Shown here: positions 7,518-15,085 of the stretch, piece by piece
How the letters are laid out: each line of letters starts with the position of its first letter
Numbering within the stretch: position 1 is the first letter of the stretch
NCBI GenBank assembly: GCA_019894975.1
Contig: JAGXNO010000062.1
Coordinates: 1-16,442 of the forward strand
Direction of reading: 5' to 3'
DNA: 16,442 nt
Source of the DNA: Promethearchaeota archaeon
GTDB lineage: Archaea; Asgardarchaeota; Lokiarchaeia; Sigyniarchaeales; SOKP01
Notes under the pieces: model-generated
The model's database searches: none
The model's input: the letters and a program-made list of their open reading frames with translations, nothing else
What the model was told of the DNA's origin: nothing
Translations under genes and position numbers: made by a program

Positions 7518-8966
7518 TTACTCATGAGATTTAATTGAAGGAAGTGTATTTTTGATTGTATAAATTGCTATAGCTAACATCAAGATTAAAACAGTCATGA
7601 CAAGTAAAAAACCGACTATTTCATGGATATACATGGTCGAATAATCTATTCTTGATATCATTTCACTAAGAAAAGTGTTTATTCCTATTAAATACAAAAA
7701 ATATATTAAAATTACTCCACTACTTATAGAGAGAAACACAATCGAATCTAATTTTTTCAATTGTAATTTAAACCATTTTATTAGTAGTTCCTCAGAACGT
7801 TCTATTGAATCTAAAATATTCTTAATTCGGTTTTCCTTCAATATCTTATTGATTGAGTAATAACACAATAAAATAATGGGGATAAATACAAAAGAGAGAG
7901 AAGATGTGTAAAAATACAACCCTACCGTAAAAATTATTGTTAAAGATGTATAGCTGAAAAATATAATAGACAGTATTGTTAATGAGAGCAAAATTATAGC
8001 TCTATTCGGAGTTAAGTCAATCCGTAACCATATGAGTTCATGATTCATTTTTGATTGTTTATGGGTTTTCCTTGTCATGAAATAACTTGTAGTTATTACA
8101 AATGTGGAAACAATTAGGATTAAAACTGTTCTAATAAAGTCCATCGACTGATAAGAATTAGTTATTGCTGGAGTGATTCCAAAAATATACGCCACATCTG
8201 TGAAAAGAATAATATGGCATAAGATTCTCATTATAAAGAATAGAAATATTGCAAGAAATATGATAAATATTATCAACCCATGATTCTTAACAGTCTTTTT
8301 TGGAGTAAGTGCGAATTTTCTTTTCCTAATCACCACCAAGCTATAAAGGCACAATGAAATAAACAGAGTGCTGATAATAATTGAAGTAATAAATGATAAT
8401 GATCGATTAGAAACTTCCCCAATTTTACAATAATTTTCAAAATTTAGCATAAAATCAGGAGAATAAGAAGAATCGAAAAAAAATTGAACGGTATACAAAA
8501 TCCCCGCTAAAGAAAGGCTATATATAAACAAAGATTGCCCATGAGTCAACTTAAAACCGAACCATTTTACGATCCTATCCTTCTGAATTACTCTCTGTTT
8601 GCCTTCATTCTCGATCTTCGCAGGTTTCAAAATCTTGTTCAAAGCATGAATACTCAGGTAAAGCAGTATGGATGCTACAAATATTCTTGTGATGATTGGA
8701 GAAAATATATAAAAGAACCAAAGCTCTTGACGATAAATTGGGAAATGTTCAATGATATGTAAATAATTCGGGACATCAAAAAAGATTGCTTTGAATAAAT
8801 TAGTGAAAATTTCTATTGCTAACATAAGAGGGAGCATAAAAATCCCTATGACAGATAGAATTAAAAATAAAACGGTTTGAGAACGATTTAATTCAAATCC
8901 AAACAATGTTATTTGAGAATTATTAGTTTTTGTATTAAAATCTTCTTTAACTTCCATCTTCAACAT
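7518..8966 (-). CDS. Hypothetical polytopic membrane protein (about 10 TM) built from repeated 2-TM units
   Basis: 482-aa ORF with recurring unit starts LFGFELNRSQ, WFGFKLTHGQ, WLRIDLTPNR and WFKLQLKKLD. Confidence 0.82.
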   Translation of the reverse strand: MLKMEVKEDFNTKTNNSQITLFGFELNRSQTVLFLILSVIGIFMLPLMLAIEIFTNLFKAIFFDVPNYLHIIEHFPIYRQELWFFYIFSPIITRIFVASILLYLSIHALNKILKPAKIENEGKQRVIQKDRIVKWFGFKLTHGQSLFIYSLSLAGILYTVQFFFDSSYSPDFMLNFENYCKIGEVSNRSLSFITSIIISTLFISLCLYSLVVIRKRKFALTPKKTVKNHGLIIFIIFLAIFLFFIMRILCHIILFTDVAYIFGITPAITNSYQSMDFIRTVLILIVSTFVITTSYFMTRKTHKQSKMNHELIWLRIDLTPNRAIILLSLTILSIIFFSYTSLTIIFTVGLYFYTSSLSFVFIPIILLCYYSINKILKENRIKNILDSIERSEELLIKWFKLQLKKLDSIVFLSISSGVILIYFLYLIGINTFLSEMISRIDYSTMYIHEIVGFLLVMTVLILMLAIAIYTIKNTLPSIKSHE

Positions 8967-9051
8967 GCTCTTTTTCTAAAATGAAATTTTTAATATTAGA
9001 TATCTATTAATTTCAATTATCTAAATCATTTATAAGAATTTAGTTTAGATC

Positions 9052-9092
9052 TTTGTCTTGCATAACATAGTTTATGTCTTGCAAGACATAAA
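9052..9092. promoter_or_regulatory. Tandem operator candidate: perfect 22-bp palindrome TTTATGTCTTGCAAGACATAAA (9071-9092) plus an imperfect copy TGTCTTGCATAACATA starting at 9054
   Basis: Read directly from the sequence. Lies in the 213-bp divergent intergenic region next to a wHTH gene. The TGTCTTGCA cores are 21 bp apart. Confidence 0.75.
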
Positions 9093-9179
9093 ATTTGTTT
9101 AAGCAAAATATATATGTAAAATCATAAAAACTAAGTATAGAAGGTTTTAATAATAAATGCAATCTCTTCTATACTTAGA

Positions 9180-9641
9180 ATGAATTCAATTAATGATTTT
9201 ATTGAGAAATATAATTTAGATAGTTTTGATGAAGTATTAGAGCTAACAAGTAGTGATAAAATTTCCTTTCTGAATGATTTGAATGCACTACTAAAGACTA
9301 TTTGTAGAATTTTTGACAAAATAACTACAGTGTTTTCTCTAAGGGGAGGGCAAGTGTTAATGAGTCTGGCAAAATTACAAGCTTCAGAAGATGTTATTTC
9401 CAAGACGGATGTAATGAATTGTTTAAATATTGATAGACGTGAGAAGTTAATTCATGCTTTTGATTTCTTATTAGAGCATAATTATATTGAAATTAAAAAA
9501 AAGACAAGTAAATTTCATATGGTTAAATTAAATGAGGGTGATAATCCTGATTTTAAATTATTTCGTGAAATTATCCAGAAGTTTTGGATATCTCCTGAGG
9601 AAGAAAAAAATAAGACAACATTATGGGGTGATGTAAAGTGA
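9180..9641 (+). CDS. Putative winged helix-turn-helix DNA-binding protein / transcriptional regulator
   Basis: The C-terminal half (GGQVLMSLAKL...ISKTDVMNCLNIDRREKLIHAFDFLLEHNYIEIKKKTSKFHMVKL) has the helix-helix-helix plus beta-hairpin pattern of wHTH domains. The family is not assignable by eye. Confidence 0.65.
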   Translation: MNSINDFIEKYNLDSFDEVLELTSSDKISFLNDLNALLKTICRIFDKITTVFSLRGGQVLMSLAKLQASEDVISKTDVMNCLNIDRREKLIHAFDFLLEHNYIEIKKKTSKFHMVKLNEGDNPDFKLFREIIQKFWISPEEEKNKTTLWGDVK

Positions 9642-10483
9642 ATGACTCAAATAGCATACTACCTGCTCTAGACAGTGAGAACAATGATCATGACTCTAAT
9701 TTTTTTGCGATTATCAAAACTGAATATTTAAAGAACTTGCTTAAAATCTATTTTCTGGTAACTATATTAATTGTTTTATATACAATATACCAACTATTCA
9801 TGATCCCTTATGATCAAGCTAATACAAAATATTTATCTGATCAAATTGTATTCTGGTTTCTTTTCTTTCTCTTCTTATTAATCCACTTCTTCTCATTATC
9901 TTATAACCGGTTTTCTCCCACATTAGTAAATTTTCTTAAGAAAGAATTACACATTTTAGGTTTTGAAATGCTAAGAAAGTACAAAAAAGGATTGAAATTC
10001 TTTTTATTTAATAGTTTCTCGATTATCTTCTTTATTGTAATGAATATAGGGATGTCGTATTCTCTTGATTACGTTGTTATTTCTCTCAATATTAGATTAT
10101 TATTAATCTATATTTTCTCGAGTATTACTATACCAATTCTGAGAGGAATACTACATGACAAATTTATTATAAAGTTAAAATCGCCATACTTTGTACGATT
10201 TGATTTACAGTATAAATTAATCAAACATAAAGAAGTTGAATCACATATGATAAGAATCTATATGAATTCTAATAAATTAAGCCCAAAGTCAAATGGATCC
10301 GGTTTTAAAATTTATAAAGAGATATCAGAAAAGAGATGGCTTCCAAGGAGAGGGAGTTCTGCTTTTCACCCGTTTCAACTGAAGTCATATCTATATTTTC
10401 ACGAATATTCAACTCCAATTAATTTTAAGGAGCACTTTCTAAATTTGATCTCGGCAATAAGAGATTGGGACACAATTAATTAA
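9638..10483 (+). CDS. Hypothetical membrane protein (4 TM) with a C-terminal soluble domain of about 110 aa
   Basis: 281 aa. The GTG start overlaps the wHTH TGA stop (GTGA), suggesting translational coupling. Confidence 0.78.
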   Translation: MNDSNSILPALDSENNDHDSNFFAIIKTEYLKNLLKIYFLVTILIVLYTIYQLFMIPYDQANTKYLSDQIVFWFLFFLFLLIHFFSLSYNRFSPTLVNFLKKELHILGFEMLRKYKKGLKFFLFNSFSIIFFIVMNIGMSYSLDYVVISLNIRLLLIYIFSSITIPILRGILHDKFIIKLKSPYFVRFDLQYKLIKHKEVESHMIRIYMNSNKLSPKSNGSGFKIYKEISEKRWLPRRGSSAFHPFQLKSYLYFHEYSTPINFKEHFLNLISAIRDWDTIN

Positions 10484-10521
10484 AAAAATAATAAAATTGA
10501 TTTGATTAAACTTCACATCAC

Positions 10522-10654
10522 AATGCCTATCTGCCATAATTTTCTTGTAAGGTTAATGATTCTTAATTGTCTAATAATATAAGATTTCGTTTATTCTGTC
10601 TAATTATTTCATGGGCAGCAGAAAATGTCATCCATTTCCAAAGCCCCCAAAGAA
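10522..10654 (-). pseudogene. Decayed remnant of a second CoA-transferase alpha subunit (gctA) gene
   Basis: 10581-10654 aligns to 6562-6636 and encodes FFGGFGN(G, 1-nt deletion)MTFSAAHEIIRQNKRNL. Weaker blocks at about 10522-10580 resemble the DQL and NL.R..M..GI segments of GctA. Confidence 0.88.
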
Positions 10655-10661
10655 ATAATAG

Positions 10662-10800
10662 TATAAATTTATATTTTAATAATATTCTCGAGTCCTAAGA
10701 AATCTGCCAATTAGCATAAATGAATCTAAATGAAAAAGTTAAAGTTAAAAAATTCATATTATAAATAGAGAAAATCATGAATTATGTAGTTGGTAACCTT
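10662..10800 (+). repeat. Copy 2 of the duplicated promoter region plus radical SAM start (direct repeat of 6774-6909)
   Basis: Matches 6774-6909. Includes a BRE/TATA-like GAAAAAGTTAAA upstream of ATG 10777. Confidence 0.95.
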
Positions 10801-11691
10801 ACTGACCCTGTATTCCGTCCACCTTCTGAATATGATGCTCTACTGATTGCAATAACGAATGGATGCACTCATAGATGCACTTTTTGCTCTATGTATCGAT
10901 CAAAAACGTTCTCTATGCGAAAAGATATCAGAGAAATCAAAAATGACATCAAAAGAGCTGGAGCTATTTATGGAAATCGAATACGTAAATTATTTTTCGA
11001 AGATGGAAATGCTTTTGTTGTCAAACCTGAGATTCTTACTGAGTTAACCGAATATGCACATAAAATCCATCCAAATCTCAAAAAAGTTAGTGCATATGCT
11101 CACGCTAAAGACATTCTTAAAAAATCCGATGAAGATTTAAAAAAATTAGCAGATAGCGGATTTACAATGGTGTATGTAGGCATTGAAAGTGGAGATGATG
11201 AGGTTCTAAAAGCTTGTAAAAAAGGAGCTACACAAGATGATTTCGCTCTGGCTGCTCAAAAATGCTATAAAGCAGGAATTGCCTGGTCTGGCATTTTTCT
11301 ATTAGGACTTGCAGGAAATGATCCTGAAAAAAGTAAAAAACATGCAATTGAATCTGCTAAATTGATTAATAGAATGGCACCCCCAAGCCCAATTGAATGG
11401 TATATCTCACCATTAACCTTAGGGGTTACTCCCGGAACGGAGTTGTGGGAACAGAAATCAACAGGAGAATTCAAACCAATGACCAGTACTCAAATACTTG
11501 AAGAATTATACATAATGATAGAACACACATCTGATGATTTACAGAAATGTGTCTTCAATTCAAATCATGCTTCGAATTATGTAAGTTTAAAAGGAGAATT
11601 AGCAGCCGATAAAGAGATGTTCCTCAAGGTAGTTGAAGGGGCTATTAAATATCCAAACCTACGCCGTCCTGATTATCTTCGTGGGTTATAA
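10777..11691 (+). CDS. Radical SAM Fe-S protein of the uncharacterised RPPSE-type family
   Basis: FRPPSE, CTHRCTFC (CxxxCxxC), FFEDGNA, VYVGIESGDDEVL and FNSNHASNY. Confidence 0.92.
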   Translation: MNYVVGNLTDPVFRPPSEYDALLIAITNGCTHRCTFCSMYRSKTFSMRKDIREIKNDIKRAGAIYGNRIRKLFFEDGNAFVVKPEILTELTEYAHKIHPNLKKVSAYAHAKDILKKSDEDLKKLADSGFTMVYVGIESGDDEVLKACKKGATQDDFALAAQKCYKAGIAWSGIFLLGLAGNDPEKSKKHAIESAKLINRMAPPSPIEWYISPLTLGVTPGTELWEQKSTGEFKPMTSTQILEELYIMIEHTSDDLQKCVFNSNHASNYVSLKGELAADKEMFLKVVEGAIKYPNLRRPDYLRGL

Positions 11692-11724
11692 AAATCATAT
11701 TATACTAATACTTAAATAACGAAA

Positions 11725-12933
11725 ATGACTGAAAAAAATACTACTTTTAATTTTGATCAAGTTATTGATCGAGCCAATTCCACTTCCGCAAAATGGGATA
11801 AGAAAGTTTTAGAAAAGGGCTTTGGCGATCCTGATTTACTTCCTTTATGGGTTGCTGATATGGATTTCAAAGCTCCTAAGCCAATTATCGAAAGATTAGT
11901 TAAAACAGCTGAATACGGAATATTTGGGTATTCAATAATTCCTCCATCATTTTATGAAGCGGTTCTAAGCTGGTTCAAGAGAAGATATGGATGGGAAATA
12001 GATAAAAAATGGTTAAGTCAAACTCCCGGCGTTATTCCTGCTTTGGATGTTGCAGTTAATGCTTTTTGTAATCCTGGAGATAAGGTCATCGTACAAAATC
12101 CTATCTACTATCCTTTTTATCGTGTTATTGAAAATAACGGGTGTAGGATCCTTTTAAATCCATTAAAATTTTCCAATAGCCATTATACAATGGATTTTGA
12201 AGACTTAGAGAAAAAAGTTAAAGATCCCCGAGCTAAAATGATAATCTTATGTAATCCACATAATCCTATAGGTCGTGTATGGACTAAGGAAGAACTAAAG
12301 CAACTTGGTAATATCTGTATTACAAATGAAATTTTAGTGGTATCAGACGAAATTCACTGTGATTTAATTTTTCCGGGATATAAACATACTAATTTTGCTA
12401 TTGTAAATGATGAATTTGCCCAAAACTCAATTACTTGTACTTCTACAAGCAAAACTTTCAATCTCGCAGGTCTAAAAATATCGAATATTGTGATTCCAAA
12501 CCAAAAAATACGACAAACTTTTGTAAATACACAAGCAAATCTTGGTGTTGGTGGAGCTAACCTCTTTGCTGTAGCTGCAATGGAGGCGGCGTATAGTCAT
12601 GAAATCTGTGAGAATTGGCTAGAAGCTTTACTACAATATCTTAAAGGAAACCTAGATTTTTTAAAGACGTTTATTAAAGAAAATATTCCTCAAATAAAAG
12701 TAATAGAACCAGAGGGAACTTATCTTATTTGGCTCGATTGTAGAGAATTAGGATTAGACCACAAAGAATTAGAAAAATTTATGAGAGGGAAAGCAAAATT
12801 AGCCCTAGATGAAGGTTATATTTTTGGTCAAGGAGGGGAAGGATTTGAAAGGATCAATATTGCATGTCCGAAATCAATCCTAGAAGATGCGCTTAATAGA
12901 ATTAAAGAAGCGATGAGTAATATGAAAAATTGA
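11725..12933 (+). CDS. patB: PLP-dependent cystathionine beta-lyase / C-S lyase, MalY/PatB family
   Basis: LPLWVADMDF, LCNPHNPIGRVW, SDEIHCD, SKTFNLAGL (PLP lysine), EGTYLIWLD and GFERINIACP. Confidence 0.93.
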   Translation: MTEKNTTFNFDQVIDRANSTSAKWDKKVLEKGFGDPDLLPLWVADMDFKAPKPIIERLVKTAEYGIFGYSIIPPSFYEAVLSWFKRRYGWEIDKKWLSQTPGVIPALDVAVNAFCNPGDKVIVQNPIYYPFYRVIENNGCRILLNPLKFSNSHYTMDFEDLEKKVKDPRAKMIILCNPHNPIGRVWTKEELKQLGNICITNEILVVSDEIHCDLIFPGYKHTNFAIVNDEFAQNSITCTSTSKTFNLAGLKISNIVIPNQKIRQTFVNTQANLGVGGANLFAVAAMEAAYSHEICENWLEALLQYLKGNLDFLKTFIKENIPQIKVIEPEGTYLIWLDCRELGLDHKELEKFMRGKAKLALDEGYIFGQGGEGFERINIACPKSILEDALNRIKEAMSNMKN

Positions 12934-12974
12934 TAATCTGTAGTTTCAATTTTATGGAATGGAAAGGTAAATTC

Positions 12975-13018
12975 AGAATTTTCATTGATTTCAATGAAAA
13001 TTCTTTTCTTTTTTATTT
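12975..13018 (+). terminator. Hairpin plus T-tract terminator candidate after patB
   Basis: AGAATTTTCATTGA-TT-TCAATGAAAATTCT (perfect 14-bp arms, 12975-13004) followed immediately by TTTCTTTTTTATTT. Confidence 0.6.
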
Positions 13019-13260
13019 CAAATTCTAATTTGTCTTCAATAAAAAATATTCACTCTCCTTTTTCTTGTTTAACAAAAAAATCTGATTGGAAGAAATAAGG
13101 AAAAAGTATTGAATTACGTAAAAAGTTTACGTAAAAGAGGAGTTTCATCAACTATAACACTTTACGTGATTCGGAAATTAAAAGGGAAAGAAAGAGAAGC
13201 AATTCTAAAAATAAAACCTTTATAGTTAGTATCTTTCGATGATAAGTTAAGTAGGTCTAA

Positions 13261-13743
13261 TTACTGCATTTTATTGATTTTTTCGCCAAATTTGATTGCA
13301 TTTTTTGTACCAATCCAAAACAATTTTCTGAATTTAGCTTGTTCAATAACTTGGGCACCTGTTTCTTCAACTTTTTCTTTCATATAATCAAGTGTTTTTC
13401 CACCAGTAAAACGAGCTGTATTGAATACAATTGCTCTTTTTCCACTAAAATTTTTTATTCGAGCTATAATTTCATCAAAAATTTTTGGTGGAAAATTTCC
13501 ATAGGTTGGCATACCAAACATAATCAAATCATAAAGTAGAGCATCAAGAGTACTAAGGTCAGCATCTATCAGAGAAAAATCTTTATTCTCAAATTTATCT
13601 AGAAGTTTTATCTTTTCTCTAAGTTTCCCAGTTAATTCTATTGGAAAGTAGCTCACTTCATAATTGGTAAGGGCACTTGCAATAGCTTCTGCTGTTTTTT
13701 TCGTTCGTCCTCCCATTGTAAAATAGATAATTAGTGTTTTCAT
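13261..13743 (-). CDS. Flavodoxin family protein
   Basis: KTLIIYFTMGGRTKKTAEAIA (FMN phosphate loop), YDLIMFGMPTYG and GKRAIVFNT. ATG at 13743 is preferred over TTG 13752. Confidence 0.88.
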   Translation of the reverse strand: MKTLIIYFTMGGRTKKTAEAIASALTNYEVSYFPIELTGKLREKIKLLDKFENKDFSLIDADLSTLDALLYDLIMFGMPTYGNFPPKIFDEIIARIKNFSGKRAIVFNTARFTGGKTLDYMKEKVEETGAQVIEQAKFRKLFWIGTKNAIKFGEKINKMQ

Positions 13744-13900
13744 AGTTTTCAAGTAGTTCTATTTAATTAAAAAACTTTTTTTAATTCTTTTAACTAAGGG
13801 AATTTATTCATTCTGTAAAAAAATTTTTTCAGAATATAAATTTTTAAATTCTTTTATAGATACAATATGACTAATAAGTATCTATACGCCAAGTCGCAAT

Positions 13901-14929
13901 ATGAAAGAAATTACTTTTGAGAGCCAAGTGGCTAGGATTGAGAATTTTTATCAAGGATTTACTGCATCTCATTTGATTCACATAGGAGATAAATTAGGAT
14001 TATTTGAAGTTTTAGCCGATAATGAAAAAGGTTTAACGAGTTCAGAATTAGCTTCAGAATTGGGGTTACATGAACCTTATATAAAAATTTGGTGTCAAAC
14101 CGCACTGTATTTGGAGATCTTAGATTATGATGATGAAGGGAGATTTAAATTCCAACCATATATGAACGAAATTTTAGGCAATAAATCCAATTTCAGAAAC
14201 ATGTTGGGAAGATTTAATTCACTTGTTAATGTCACTGGAGAAAGATTTAAAGAAAGTATTGTACATTATAGAAATGGAACCGCCTTGGAAGACTATAGCC
14301 CTCAAGATTCAGAAATAGTAGCAGAAGCAACAAAATCTTTTCACAAATATTTAAATTTCTACTTCAAAGAGTTACCAAGTACAAATCCTATAAAACAAAT
14401 GTTGGAAAAGGGAAGTAATTTTCTTGACGTTGGGTGTGGAAATGGGAGACTTATTATTCAATTGGCGACACAGTTTACAAATAGCAGATTTACTGGTGTA
14501 GATCCTAGCACATATGGGATTAATGTTGCTGCAAAAAATATTGAACGATTAAAGGTAGCAGATCGCGTTTTTGTAGAGAATCTTGGTGGTGAAGAGCTTC
14601 ACTATAAGGATGAGTTTGAAATTGCATGTATGACAGTAGTCTTTCACGAAATTAATCCTGATATTCGTTTTAAAGTATTGGAGAACATTTACAAAGCATT
14701 AAAGAAAGGTGGACGCCTTATTATTTTTGATTTTTCTTACCCAGAACGTTTTGAAGATTTCAAAAACCCAAATTATGGTTCAACAATAATTCACCAATTT
14801 AACGAAACAATTTTAGGTGCAGTGTTCCTTACGCTTTCGGAACAGAATGAAATGTTTGCTAAAGTCGGGTTTAGAGATATTCAAAGGATAAAATCAAAAG
14901 CGATTGATATAATTACTGTTTTGAAATAG
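13901..14929 (+). CDS. Class I SAM-dependent methyltransferase with N-terminal winged-helix domain (Rv2258c-like architecture)
   Basis: N-terminal GDKLGLFEVL...LTSSELASELGLHEPYIKIW, motif I FLDVGCGNG, FTGVD, VFHE and ALKKGGRLIIFD. Confidence 0.9.
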   Translation: MKEITFESQVARIENFYQGFTASHLIHIGDKLGLFEVLADNEKGLTSSELASELGLHEPYIKIWCQTALYLEILDYDDEGRFKFQPYMNEILGNKSNFRNMLGRFNSLVNVTGERFKESIVHYRNGTALEDYSPQDSEIVAEATKSFHKYLNFYFKELPSTNPIKQMLEKGSNFLDVGCGNGRLIIQLATQFTNSRFTGVDPSTYGINVAAKNIERLKVADRVFVENLGGEELHYKDEFEIACMTVVFHEINPDIRFKVLENIYKALKKGGRLIIFDFSYPERFEDFKNPNYGSTIIHQFNETILGAVFLTLSEQNEMFAKVGFRDIQRIKSKAIDIITVLK

Positions 14930-15085
14930 GTTTTGATGGTGTACCTTCTGAGTTATACACGGTCTTAAAGAGAAGAGGACGAGACTAAAGTAATAACAAA
15001 ATCTAATTGATCTTAGTTTTAAAAAAATTAAAAAATAGAGAGGAATTAATGACTATAATTCAAATTTTATTAAACAGTGATATAC

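Noticed and set aside
7675-8762. Short plus-strand ORFs 7675..7860 and 8535..8762
   Set aside because: Both are antisense within the 482-aa membrane protein gene.
9131-9403. 90-aa minus-strand ORF
   Set aside because: Antisense to the wHTH gene, which has the better fold signal and operon coupling.
6774-10800. Direct repeats read as attL/attR, IS ends or a CRISPR array
   Set aside because: The repeats are diverged gene and promoter remnants. There is no integrase, transposase, tRNA target, terminal inverted repeat or regular repeat-spacer periodicity.
10859-11474. ORFs 10859..11047 (+) and 11265..11474 (-)
   Set aside because: Alternative-frame and antisense ORFs inside the radical SAM gene.
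9639-12936. Selenocysteine read-through at TGA stops (wHTH, patB)
   Set aside because: The wHTH TGA overlaps the next start. The patB TGA is followed immediately by TAA and the protein is already full length. No SECIS-like element was recognised.
13339-13539. 66-aa plus-strand ORF
   Set aside because: Antisense shadow of the flavodoxin.
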